A stretch of 35,725 nt of DNA. Origin: Candidatus Parcubacteria bacterium. GTDB taxonomy: Bacteria > Patescibacteriota > Patescibacteriia > Patescibacteriales > UBA12465. A program made the translations under genes and the position numbers. Where the stretch lies: NCBI GenBank assembly GCA_023444045.1, contig JAEZRQ010000005.1:1-35725 (forward strand). Direction: 5' to 3'. Below, one piece after another: positions 10,149-19,070 of the stretch (its first letter is position 1; the number at the start of each line of letters is the position of its first letter). The notes below the pieces were generated by a model. That model was not told the DNA's origin. It saw nothing but the letters and a program-made list of their open reading frames with translations, and ran no database searches.

Positions 10149-10173
10149 AATTCTTTTTTAATTCTTTTTTAAT
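10141..10173. repeat. perfect 11-nt tandem repeat x3 (tcttttttaat)
   Basis: Three exact copies at 10141-10151, 10152-10162 and 10163-10173. They span the terminator T-tail and the stop codon and last codons of the LAGLIDADG gene. Confidence 0.9.
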
Positions 10174-10736
10174 CCAATAGTTTTTATAAATAAATCAACA
10201 TCTTTAGAAACTCTAATATTGTATCTAGTTTTTCTTGTTTTTATTTTAGATTTTATTTTATATTTTTGAGGTTGGAATCCAATATCTTTAATCATTTGAA
10301 TCACGTCGCAGGCTAATTCTGGAATTATAGTTACAAAATTAACCATTTTATAGCCCCTATCAATATAAATACAGCCATCGGTTTCAAATAAACCTCGTAA
10401 ACAAGAAATGGTATACTTTTTGCTAATCATAATCCAAACTGGAACTGATACCTTTTGTTTATATTTAGAACCACTTTTTGCTTTCCAGCTTAAAAAACCT
10501 TCTAGTTTATTTGAGTAGCAACTAATATCAGAACAATTTTTACCATTTTTTGATACCGATATTTTATTTTCAGGAAGTAATTGTTGAATCGCTTTTTTAA
10601 TTCGTTCAGCAATTTTAGGATATTTATTGTCACAACTAACTCTTAATCTAACAGCACGACCATTTGGATTTGATAAATTACCATCCCCAATGGCGATGCC
10701 GACGACATAAGCGAGATTGTTGTTAAAATCCTTCAT
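10158..10736 (-). CDS. LAGLIDADG-family homing endonuclease (two-motif, single-chain type), free-standing
   Basis: Two LAGLIDADG motifs: LAYVVGIAIGDGNL near the N-terminus and LRGLFETDGCIY about 100 aa later. 192 aa. Confidence 0.85.
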   Translation of the reverse strand: MKDFNNNLAYVVGIAIGDGNLSNPNGRAVRLRVSCDNKYPKIAERIKKAIQQLLPENKISVSKNGKNCSDISCYSNKLEGFLSWKAKSGSKYKQKVSVPVWIMISKKYTISCLRGLFETDGCIYIDRGYKMVNFVTIIPELACDVIQMIKDIGFQPQKYKIKSKIKTRKTRYNIRVSKDVDLFIKTIGLKKN

Positions 10737-10740
10737 ATTG

Positions 10741-10824
10741 TGCCGCGGGAGGGACTTGAACCCTCAAGGTATCGCTACCGCGTGTGTTTGAGACACGTTC
10801 GTTTACCAATTTCGACACCGCGGC
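10741..10824 (-). tRNA. tRNA-Leu (anticodon CAA), type II with long variable arm; no encoded CCA
   Basis: The reverse complement folds as acceptor GCCGCGG/CCGCGGC, anticodon stem CGTGT/ACACG with loop CTCAAAC, variable arm GGTA-GCGA-TACC, T arm GAGGG-TTCAAGT-CCCTC and discriminator A. Confidence 0.9.
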
Positions 10825-10839
10825 AATTAGCCTTGTTTT

Positions 10840-10867
10840 ATTATAATATAAAAACCTAAGTTGTCAA
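10840..10867 (-). promoter_or_regulatory. sigma70-type consensus promoter driving tRNA-Leu (and probably the downstream endonuclease gene)
   Basis: On the minus strand: TTGACA (10867-10862), a 16-nt spacer, then TATAAT (10845-10840). The -10 ends about 15 nt upstream of the tRNA 5' end. Confidence 0.7.
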
Positions 10868-10985
10868 ACAAAGACTGTATTTATGGGATTTTTTTTATTT
10901 AACTGTTATAATAACTTACAAGGAAATCAAATCTTGTTGCTCTAGTCTTTTTCAGTTATAATCAAATAGTAATAGCTAGTTGCTT

Positions 10986-11756
10986 ATGGGAAAAATAATT
11001 GCAGTTGTTAATCAAAAAGGGGGCGTTGGTAAAACCACCACCTCTGTTAATTTAGGGGCCTATTTAGCCAGTTTAGGTAAACAGGTGCTTTTAGTTGATC
11101 TTGATCCACAAGCTAATGCTACTTCAGGTTTAGGAGTTGACCACACTAAATTAGAAGCCGGAATTTATGAAGCTCTAATTGGTGAAAAGAGAATTTTTGA
11201 TATTATTAAACGCACTCTTCAAAAAGGATATTTAGTGGCACCATCTACTGTTAGCTTGGCGGGAGCGGGAATAGAGCTTGTTTCTATGGATAATAGGGAA
11301 TTTCGTTTACTAGAAATCTTAGAACAAGTTAGAAATGAGTATGACTATATAATTGTTGATGGTCCACCATCTTTGGGGCTACTGACAATTAATAGCTTGG
11401 TGGCAGCCGATGAAGTTTTAATACCTACTCAAAGTGAATATTATGCTTTAGAGGGTTTAGGACAACTACTGCAAACAATTAACTTAATTCAAGAGAACTT
11501 AAAACCAGAATTAAAGATATTAGGAACGGTTGTCACAATGTTTGATAAAAGAAATAAGCTATCAGGCTCCGTGTTAGAAGAATTAAAAAAACATTTTCCT
11601 GGAAAAGTTTTTGACACCCTTATACCGCGCAGTGTTAGATTAGCAGAAGCCCCAAGTTACGGACGAACAATTTTTCAATACGCCGATAAATCAAGTGGTG
11701 GCAGAGCCTATGAGGCTCTAGCACGAGAAATAATTTCTTTAGAAGAAGTTAATTAA
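10986..11756 (+). CDS. parA: chromosome partitioning ATPase ParA/Soj
   Basis: Deviant Walker A NQKGGVGKTTT at the N-terminus. The ATG at 10986 (MGKIIAV) is preferred over the TTG at 10980 listed in the ORF track. Confidence 0.9.
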   Translation: MGKIIAVVNQKGGVGKTTTSVNLGAYLASLGKQVLLVDLDPQANATSGLGVDHTKLEAGIYEALIGEKRIFDIIKRTLQKGYLVAPSTVSLAGAGIELVSMDNREFRLLEILEQVRNEYDYIIVDGPPSLGLLTINSLVAADEVLIPTQSEYYALEGLGQLLQTINLIQENLKPELKILGTVVTMFDKRNKLSGSVLEELKKHFPGKVFDTLIPRSVRLAEAPSYGRTIFQYADKSSGGRAYEALAREIISLEEVN

Positions 11757-11767
11757 TCTTTATACTT

Positions 11768-12643
11768 ATGGCCAATGGACTAGGACGCGGACTTGATTCG
11801 CTAATTCCCAAAAAAACAATTAATCACCTTCCTGTTGAGGCTTTATCAGAACAAGGCTCAGCTCTTTTAGTGAATAATTTAGACAGAATTGTAAAAGTTA
11901 ATCCGAATATAATTGCAATTAATCCTTGGCAACCAAGACAACATTTTGCTGACCATGCTTTAAATGAGCTAGTTGATTCAATTAGAGAACACGGCATTAT
12001 TCAGCCCTTAATTGTTACTAAAAGTAATGGTAATTATGAACTCATTGCTGGTGAAAGACGTCTTAGAAGTGCAAAAATTATTGGTCTTAAAGAGGTTCCA
12101 GTTATTGTAAGAGAGGTTAGTGAGCAAAAAAAACTAGAGTTTGCGATTATCGAAAACTTGCAAAGGGAGAACTTAAATCCGGTAGAAACTGCTTGGGCCT
12201 ATCAAAAATTAATTGATGAATTTAATATTTCCCAAGAAGAGGCTGCTAAAAGAGTTGGTAAGGCCCGTTCAACTGTGGCTAACTCTTTAAGACTTCTTGT
12301 TTTGCCTGATGAAATAAAAACTGCTTTAGCTGAAAAGAAAATTAGTGAAGCTCATGCTAAATATTTACTCGGCCTTGATAGCGAAGCGAAACAAATCAAC
12401 GTTTTCCGAAAAATCCTTAGAAATAATATGACTGTAGCGGAAACCGATCGGGAAATTAAACGTTTGGGTGGCACAAAAGAGGCCAGAATTAAAGATTTTG
12501 CTGATGAAGACAAAGAAAAATACCTAACTAAGACTTTAAACACAAAAGTAGTTATTAAAAGACAAGGAAGATCTGGCAAAATTATCATTGATTTTTACAG
12601 TGAAGGAGAATTAAGTGATATTATTGACAAAATAACAAAATAA
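11768..12643 (+). CDS. parB: chromosome partitioning protein ParB/Spo0J
   Basis: N-terminal GLGRGLDSLIP, ParB box IAGERRLRSAK, and an HTH region SQEEAAKRVGKARSTVANSLRLL. Confidence 0.9.
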   Translation: MANGLGRGLDSLIPKKTINHLPVEALSEQGSALLVNNLDRIVKVNPNIIAINPWQPRQHFADHALNELVDSIREHGIIQPLIVTKSNGNYELIAGERRLRSAKIIGLKEVPVIVREVSEQKKLEFAIIENLQRENLNPVETAWAYQKLIDEFNISQEEAAKRVGKARSTVANSLRLLVLPDEIKTALAEKKISEAHAKYLLGLDSEAKQINVFRKILRNNMTVAETDREIKRLGGTKEARIKDFADEDKEKYLTKTLNTKVVIKRQGRSGKIIIDFYSEGELSDIIDKITK

Positions 12644-12661
12644 TATTTATAAAACTTACTA

Positions 12662-12687
12662 AGCACCTCTAAAAGGTGCTTTTTTTG
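12662..12687 (+). terminator. rho-independent terminator after parB
   Basis: Stem agcacct / aggtgct with loop ctaaa, followed by seven T. Confidence 0.75.
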
Positions 12688-12701
12688 TTGCTTTTTAAGC
12701 G

Positions 12702-12730
12702 TTGCTTAAGCTTTATAAAATTGTTATAGT
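12702..12730 (+). promoter_or_regulatory. candidate sigma70-type promoter for dnaE
   Basis: TTGCTT (12702-12707), a 17-nt spacer, then TATAGT (12725-12730). Confidence 0.5.
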
Positions 12731-12766
12731 TTAGTTAAGATTAATTTAAGAAAATCTTTGTTTTTT

Positions 12767-15700
12767 ATGTCTTTTGTCCACCTCCATAATCACACCCACT
12801 ATTCTTTGCTTGATGGTTTAACTCAAATTGATGAGCTAGTTAATCGCGCTAAGAATGAAGGTTCTCCGGCAGTAGCTATTACCGACCACGGTACGATGTA
12901 TGGTGTAATTGAATTTTATCAAAAATGTAAAAAAGCCGGTATTAAACCGATTATTGGCATTGAAACCTACCTAGCGCCTAATAGTCGTCATGATAAAATT
13001 AGTCGCTTAGATGCTAAAAATTACCACCTACTCTTACTAGCAAAAAATGAAGTTGGTTATAAAAATCTCATTAAACTCGTCTCAGCGGCTCACCTAGAGG
13101 GTTATTATTATAAACCAAGAATAGATTGGGAACTTCTTAAAGAGCATCATGAAGGGCTAATTGCTTCAACAGCTTGTCTAGGTGGTGAAATCTCTCAACA
13201 TATTTTAGCTGGAGATTTAGAGGGTGCTAAAAAAAGAATTTTAGAATATAATGAACTTTTTGGTCAAAACAATTTCTATCTAGAAATAATGGACCATCCC
13301 GAGCTTGAGGGGCAAACTAAAGTGAATAAGGCTTTAATCAATTTTTCTAAAGAGTTAAATATTCCTTTAATAGCCACTAATGATGTTCACTATTTAAAAA
13401 AGGAGGATGCTGAGGCTCAAGATATTCTTTTGTGTCTGCAAAATAAGAAAAAAATTAATGACACTGACCGGATGTCAATGATTGGTTGTGGAGATTATTC
13501 AATGAGGTCAAACGCAGAAATGATAGAGGCCTTTAAAGATGTTCCAGAAGCAATTGCCAATACCCTGAAAATAGCTCAGATGTGTAATTTAGAAATAGAC
13601 TTAGGTAATGTCCAGCTGCCGTATTTTCATGTTCCCGACGGATATGACGGAAATTCTTATTTAAAATATAAGTGTGAGTTAGGTTTAAAATTAAGATATC
13701 CTGATTTAGATTTAAATTCAGATGAGGCAAAAAGAATCCTTGAAAGGATGAACTACGAATTATCGGTGGTTGAAAAAATGGGGTGGCCAGATTACTTCTT
13801 AATTGTGGCTGATTTTGTTAATTGGGCTAAAGATAATGGAGTAGTTGTCGGTCCTGGCCGCGGTAGTGCCGCCGGTTCACTGGTCTGTTACTTAACAGGA
13901 ATTACCAACTTAGACCCCCTAAAATATGATTTACTCTTTGAACGTTTTTTAAATCCAGAACGTATTTCCATGCCTGATATTGATATGGATTTCTCCGACG
14001 TTCGCCGTAATGATGTTTTAAATTATGTTTCTAATAAATACGGCGAAGACCATGTTTCCCAGATTATTACTTTCGGAACAATGGCGGCCAGGGCGGCGGT
14101 GCGCGATGTGGGGCGAGTCTTAGATTATCCATATGATTTTTGTGATAGCTTGGCTAAAGACATTCCGATGTTTACTAAATTAGAAGAAGCTATTAAAACT
14201 GTCCCCGAACTGAAAGAAAAATATAATGAAAACCCTGATGCTAAGAGGGTTTTGGATTATGCTTTGCGTTTAGAAGGGGTGGCTCGTCATCACTCAACCC
14301 ATGCTTGTGGTGTTTTAATTACCAAAAACCCTTTAACAGACTATACTCCGATCCAATATGCCTCTTCTTCTGATAAAACTATCGTTTCTCAGTATTCTGC
14401 CCATCCAATTGAAGATTTGGGTTTACTCAAGATGGATTTTTTAGGCTTAAAAAACTTAACTATCATTGAAGCAGCCTTAAAAATCATCAAAAATACCAGA
14501 GGTCTTAAAATAAATATTGATGAGATTCCAATGGATGATAAGGCGACTTACGAATTATTCCAAAACGGCGAGACGACCGGAGTTTTTCAATTTGAATCTT
14601 CAGGAATGAAGAGATATCTTAGAGATTTAAAACCGACTGAATTTGAAGATATTATTGCTATGGTGGCTCTTTATCGCCCTGGTCCAATGGAATGGATTCC
14701 TGATTATATTGTTGGCAAACGTGGCGATAAAAAGGTAGATTATCTTCACCCAAAACTGGAGCCAATACTTAAAAAAACTTACGGTGTAGCGATTTACCAA
14801 GAACAAGTCATGCAAATTGCTAGAGACTTAGCCGGTTTTTCCATGGGACAAGCTGATGTTTTAAGAAAAGCCATGGGTAAAAAAATTGCTAGTTTGTTAG
14901 CTGAACAAAAAGAAAAATTTATTGACGGCTGTGTTAAAAATGGTATCTATAAAGAATTGGCAGAAAAAGTTTTTTCTTTCATTGAACCTTTTGCCGGATA
15001 TGGCTTTAATAGATCTCACGCTGCCTGTTATGCTTTAATTGGCTACCAGACCGCCTATCTTAAAGCTCATTGGCCGGTAGAGTTTATGGCCGCCTTACTA
15101 ACCGCCGATCAGCATGATACTGATAGAATTGCGATTGAAATCGAGGAATGCCGTAATATGGGTATTAAAATCATGCCCCCAGATGTTAATGAGTCTTTTG
15201 ATTCTTTTACTGTAGTTACCGCTGGCACTAAAGAAAATAGAATAGTTACTGCAGATGAAAAAGTAGACACTATTCGTTTTGGTTTAAACGCCATTAAGAA
15301 CGTTGGCGAAAACATTGTTCAAGTGATTATTAAGGAAAGAAAGCAAAACGGACCATACAGAGATTTATTAGATTTTTTAGAAAGAGTAACTGATAAAGAT
15401 TTAAATAAAAAATCACTTGAGAGTTTAATTAAAAGTGGTGCTTTAGAGAAATGGGGTGAACGGGGAAGTCTTTTATATAATTGCGAAAAATTACTCTCAT
15501 TTAATAAAGAGATTGTTAAAAATAAAGAGAGTAAACAAAGCAGTTTATTTTCTAGTTTAAGCGATGAACAGTCTTTTAAGCCACAGCTAACTTTAGATCC
15601 AACGGTTGACGCCCCTCAAGCTGAAAAACTGGCCTGGGAAAAAGATTTACTTGGCCTTTATATTAGCGAACATCCTTTTAATATTTATAAAAATAGACTG

Positions 15701-16387
15701 AAAGGGTATGCAGTGCCTATTGGTAACTTAGCGGGGCATAAAGGAGTATCATCAGTAATTACTTCTGGGGTTATTGCTCAGATTAAAAAGATAATTACTA
15801 AAAAAAATGAATCAATGCTTTTTGTTAAAATGGAGGATGCTACTTCTTCAGTTGAACTCTTGGTTTTTCCAAAGCTACTTAGAGAAACTTTAAACATTTG
15901 GCAACCTGGTAAGGTAATTATTTGTGAAGGTAGTGTTTCCGAAAAAGATCAGGATATTAAACTACTTATAAACCAAGTTGGCGTTTTAGAAGAGGAAAAA
16001 ATTGAAGAATCAATTGATAATTTTAAGAGGGGACTCATGGCTTTTCGTGAAAAGAATGGCAATAATTCCTGGCAAAGAAAATATAATAGTAATCCACCCA
16101 AAACTTACAGCCAGAATGCTAATCAGATAGTTAAAACTGTCACCGAAGAACTAAAAAAAGAGCCACCATTTAAGATTATCTTTGAAAAAAATTTAACTAA
16201 CAGTGATCTAGACTCTCTAAGACAAATACTTATTGCTCACCCTGGGCACAGTGAAACATATTTTAAAATTAAAGATAAAGAGAAGGATACTATCTTAAAA
16301 ACTGGTTTTAAGGTGAAGGATTCCATTGAACTAAGAAAAATAATTATAGAAAAGTTTCCTGATCTTCTAAAAATTGTTGAGAATTAA
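12767..16387 (+). CDS. dnaE: DNA polymerase III alpha subunit
   Basis: PHP domain start FVHLHNHTHYSLLDG, polymerase core motifs (PDIDMDF, GLLKMDFLGLKNL) and a C-terminal OB region. The ATG at 12767 is preferred over the TTG at 12758. No intein-like insertion seen. Confidence 0.92.
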   Translation: MSFVHLHNHTHYSLLDGLTQIDELVNRAKNEGSPAVAITDHGTMYGVIEFYQKCKKAGIKPIIGIETYLAPNSRHDKISRLDAKNYHLLLLAKNEVGYKNLIKLVSAAHLEGYYYKPRIDWELLKEHHEGLIASTACLGGEISQHILAGDLEGAKKRILEYNELFGQNNFYLEIMDHPELEGQTKVNKALINFSKELNIPLIATNDVHYLKKEDAEAQDILLCLQNKKKINDTDRMSMIGCGDYSMRSNAEMIEAFKDVPEAIANTLKIAQMCNLEIDLGNVQLPYFHVPDGYDGNSYLKYKCELGLKLRYPDLDLNSDEAKRILERMNYELSVVEKMGWPDYFLIVADFVNWAKDNGVVVGPGRGSAAGSLVCYLTGITNLDPLKYDLLFERFLNPERISMPDIDMDFSDVRRNDVLNYVSNKYGEDHVSQIITFGTMAARAAVRDVGRVLDYPYDFCDSLAKDIPMFTKLEEAIKTVPELKEKYNENPDAKRVLDYALRLEGVARHHSTHACGVLITKNPLTDYTPIQYASSSDKTIVSQYSAHPIEDLGLLKMDFLGLKNLTIIEAALKIIKNTRGLKINIDEIPMDDKATYELFQNGETTGVFQFESSGMKRYLRDLKPTEFEDIIAMVALYRPGPMEWIPDYIVGKRGDKKVDYLHPKLEPILKKTYGVAIYQEQVMQIARDLAGFSMGQADVLRKAMGKKIASLLAEQKEKFIDGCVKNGIYKELAEKVFSFIEPFAGYGFNRSHAACYALIGYQTAYLKAHWPVEFMAALLTADQHDTDRIAIEIEECRNMGIKIMPPDVNESFDSFTVVTAGTKENRIVTADEKVDTIRFGLNAIKNVGENIVQVIIKERKQNGPYRDLLDFLERVTDKDLNKKSLESLIKSGALEKWGERGSLLYNCEKLLSFNKEIVKNKESKQSSLFSSLSDEQSFKPQLTLDPTVDAPQAEKLAWEKDLLGLYISEHPFNIYKNRLKGYAVPIGNLAGHKGVSSVITSGVIAQIKKIITKKNESMLFVKMEDATSSVELLVFPKLLRETLNIWQPGKVIICEGSVSEKDQDIKLLINQVGVLEEEKIEESIDNFKRGLMAFREKNGNNSWQRKYNSNPPKTYSQNANQIVKTVTEELKKEPPFKIIFEKNLTNSDLDSLRQILIAHPGHSETYFKIKDKEKDTILKTGFKVKDSIELRKIIIEKFPDLLKIVEN

Positions 16388-16460
16388 TATTTTTGGTATA
16401 ATTAAAAAATCACAAACTACTATCTAATTTTCTTTTTGTAAAAAAAGATAAAGAAATATT

Positions 16461-17999
16461 ATGCCTAAAATAAGTAAAGCAGCTAAAGAAAAAAAAGTTG
16501 TTTCAAAAACTAAAAAAACTCCAATCAAAACAAAAAAAGCGGCCCTTAAAAAGCCGGTCAAGAAAAAAGTTATTAAAAAAGCCCGTCCAAAAGAGGCTAA
16601 TAAAATTACGGTTGATATTATCTCTGATGAGGATATTTTTAATGATTCGGCTAATTTAACAAATGATATTTTTTCTTCTTGGCCAAGTTTTGAGGATCAG
16701 AAAAAAGAAACTGATTCAGAATATAAAGATGTTGAAGAGGTTAAAAATGATGGTTTAATTGATAATAATTTACCAACCACCGATTCATATGATAAACAAA
16801 GAAATTTCTTTTCTGACTGGAGCGCTCAAAACGAACACGAGGAAGAAATAGAAGACCCCAGACCAAAAAGATCAATTGGTCTTTATCGCCGTCAAGCATT
16901 TTTTTATTTAGGGGCGACGGCCGTCCTTCTACTGGCAGTTTTATATTTATTTTTTGCCAAGTTAACAATTACTATTATACCTGAGGGGGAAACAGTAAAT
17001 GACTCAATTACTTTAAACATTAGTACAGCTTCATCTTCTATTGATTCAAGTTCTTTAAGTAATAGTCGTAATATTGATGGTGATATTCAGATTTTAGAGA
17101 TTGAAGCCGAAAAAACTTATCCAGTTAGTGGTGAGGAAGTGGCCGGTGAAGAGGTTTTTGGTGAAGTAAAAATCATTAATAATTATAGTAAAGCTCAGAC
17201 ACTAGTCGCTACTACCAGACTTTTAACTCCAGATGGAAAATTATTTCGCTTAAAAGACCGTGTTAGTATTCCCGCCGGTGGCACAACCAAAGCAACTGTT
17301 TATGCCGATAAGCCTGTTGCTGGTTTGATTGTTGATTCTGGTACTCGTTTTACGATTCCTGGTCTCTGGGCGGGATTACAAGATAAAATTTATGCTGAAA
17401 ATGATGAAGATTTAACTTTACAAACTCAAGTAAAGAGAATTGTTAAACAGAGCGATATTGATCAAGCTAAAAAAGATATTAATGAAGTGATTAATTTAAA
17501 ACTTAAGAATGAATTAAAATCTCTTAATACTGATAAAGCGGCAGTTTATGATGAGACGGCCAGTGACTTAACACTTGAAACAGATGTTAAATTAGCTGAG
17601 GAGCGCTCTGAATTTTTAATTAAGGCAAAAAAGAAGGTAACTGTTATTTTCTTCTCTAAAGAAAAAGCAGCCTCGTTGGCTGCTGCCAGATTATCACTGC
17701 TAGTTTCAGATGATAAGCAGTTGGTTGGCTTTGACGAAGAAAAGATTACTTACTCGCTAGAAGATTATAATAAAAATAATAACATAGCTGATGTTAAAGC
17801 TTCATTTAGTGGAACCATGTCTTTAAAATCAGATGCTACCATAGTTGATCCTAAAAAAATAACCGGATTAAGTGAACAACAGGTGGCCGAATACCTAAAT
17901 TCTTTTCCGGAAATAAAAGACTTTGAACTTAAATTCTGGCCTTCATTTATTAAAAACGCACCGATTTTACCAGATAAGATAGAAATAAATTTCAAATAA
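16461..17999 (+). CDS. hypothetical single-pass membrane protein with a Lys/Ala/Pro-rich histone-H1-like N-terminal tail
   Basis: 512-aa ORF. The first ~50 residues are extremely basic (KAAKEKKVVSKTKKTPIKTKKAALKKPVKKKVIKKARPKE). An acidic segment follows, then one TM (FFYLGATAVLLLAVLYLFFA) and a ~340-aa C-terminal domain without recognisable motifs. Confidence 0.7.
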   Translation: MPKISKAAKEKKVVSKTKKTPIKTKKAALKKPVKKKVIKKARPKEANKITVDIISDEDIFNDSANLTNDIFSSWPSFEDQKKETDSEYKDVEEVKNDGLIDNNLPTTDSYDKQRNFFSDWSAQNEHEEEIEDPRPKRSIGLYRRQAFFYLGATAVLLLAVLYLFFAKLTITIIPEGETVNDSITLNISTASSSIDSSSLSNSRNIDGDIQILEIEAEKTYPVSGEEVAGEEVFGEVKIINNYSKAQTLVATTRLLTPDGKLFRLKDRVSIPAGGTTKATVYADKPVAGLIVDSGTRFTIPGLWAGLQDKIYAENDEDLTLQTQVKRIVKQSDIDQAKKDINEVINLKLKNELKSLNTDKAAVYDETASDLTLETDVKLAEERSEFLIKAKKKVTVIFFSKEKAASLAAARLSLLVSDDKQLVGFDEEKITYSLEDYNKNNNIADVKASFSGTMSLKSDATIVDPKKITGLSEQQVAEYLNSFPEIKDFELKFWPSFIKNAPILPDKIEINFK

Positions 18000-18000
18000 T

Positions 18001-18029
18001 AAAAAACTAGGTTAAAAACCTAGTTTTTT
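18001..18029. terminator. bidirectional rho-independent terminator between convergent genes
   Basis: An A-run, the stem ctaggtt / aacctag with loop aaa, then a T-run. It lies between 16461-17999 (+) and 18047-18997 (-). Confidence 0.7.
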
Positions 18030-18046
18030 ATTGCCCAGTAAAAAGT

Positions 18047-18997
18047 TTAAAAAATTCCTAAGAAGTCTGAATGCCTTTTTCTTTCAATTTTTTTATCCCC
18101 ATGATAATAAGCTAAGGCATCTTCTAAGCCAATATCATGGTTAATTATTAAAGCTAGGGTGGTGGCCAGCGAAATAGCCTCTTTTAAAGTTCTTTGATGG
18201 AGATTTCGGCCAATAGCTAGACCACTGGTTTTGGAAATATTTTTCTGATTCCAGGTATAAGTAATTAAATCCTCTGCCTTTTGTTTACCACCACCAACAC
18301 AAATTATCTTAGTTTTTCCGGCAGCGGCAACTACTTCTTGAAATTTAGTAGCCGTATCTTTAATTTTTGCATCATAAGGATATTTAACTTTAACAAAATC
18401 AGCCCCTAGCGCAGCCGCCACACCGGCACCACCAGCAATAGTGTGAATATCCTCTTCCTTAATGTTCTTTCCCCGAGGGTACATCCAAATAACAGCAATT
18501 AAGCCATTTTTATGAGCATTCAGTATGACTTGGGCCGCCTCTTTAAGCATTTTAGTCTCCTCTTCGCTCCCCAAATAAATTGTATATCCAACCCCTAAAA
18601 TACTTAGCTTACTCTGCTTTTTAAACTCTACTATGTCATCAACGGTATACCAAGATTTGCTATCTAGTTCATCTAGGTCTTGGTTTAGATTGGTTCGCCC
18701 ATTTAATTTTACTAAGTAAGGAATATGCGGGTATGTAGCGCCAAAACGAGCAATTAAGCCTAAATGAGTCGCAAAAACACCAATCGGAGAAGCAGCGGCA
18801 ATCTGAAATAGGTGCTCAGGGTTAGCGTCTTCTTTAGCTATTTGGGGACCAACAAAATCATCGTTTAAATGCTCAACTTTTTGGTCGCCGGCAAATAATA
18901 ATAAACTACCACTACCGGCGGTAGCCATATTTAAATTCTTTAGGTATTCTTTCTCTTTTGAATAGGGGACTGTTAATGGAATTTGGACTTTTTTCAT
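18047..18997 (-). CDS. class I aldolase of the DhnA/FbaB / archaeal-type fructose-bisphosphate aldolase (ADH-synthase-like) family
   Basis: The segment IWMYPRGKNIKEEDIHTIAGGAGVAAALGADFVKVKY closely resembles the conserved MMYPRGK...LGADIVKTSY Schiff-base-lysine region of archaeal class I FBA/ADH synthase. GRNLHQ lies near the C-terminus. Confidence 0.8.
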   Translation of the reverse strand: MKKVQIPLTVPYSKEKEYLKNLNMATAGSGSLLLFAGDQKVEHLNDDFVGPQIAKEDANPEHLFQIAAASPIGVFATHLGLIARFGATYPHIPYLVKLNGRTNLNQDLDELDSKSWYTVDDIVEFKKQSKLSILGVGYTIYLGSEEETKMLKEAAQVILNAHKNGLIAVIWMYPRGKNIKEEDIHTIAGGAGVAAALGADFVKVKYPYDAKIKDTATKFQEVVAAAGKTKIICVGGGKQKAEDLITYTWNQKNISKTSGLAIGRNLHQRTLKEAISLATTLALIINHDIGLEDALAYYHGDKKIERKRHSDFLGIF

Positions 18998-19070
18998 AAG
19001 GTTAAAGTTTATAAAATTACTAAAATGTGATATTATAGAGTTATTAAAAACATATTTATTATATCATTTT

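Noticed and set aside
10868-12760. parS centromere site near parAB
   Set aside because: I scanned the parAB flanks and genes by eye for the TGTTNCACGTGAAACA-type palindrome and found no CACGTG-centred match. I cannot exclude a divergent parS without a computational search.
12767-16387. Intein or intron interruption in dnaE, given the homing endonuclease nearby
   Set aside because: The protein length and the continuous PHP, polymerase and OB motifs are normal. There are no Cys/Ser-...-HN splice-junction blocks and no extra endonuclease-like insertion.
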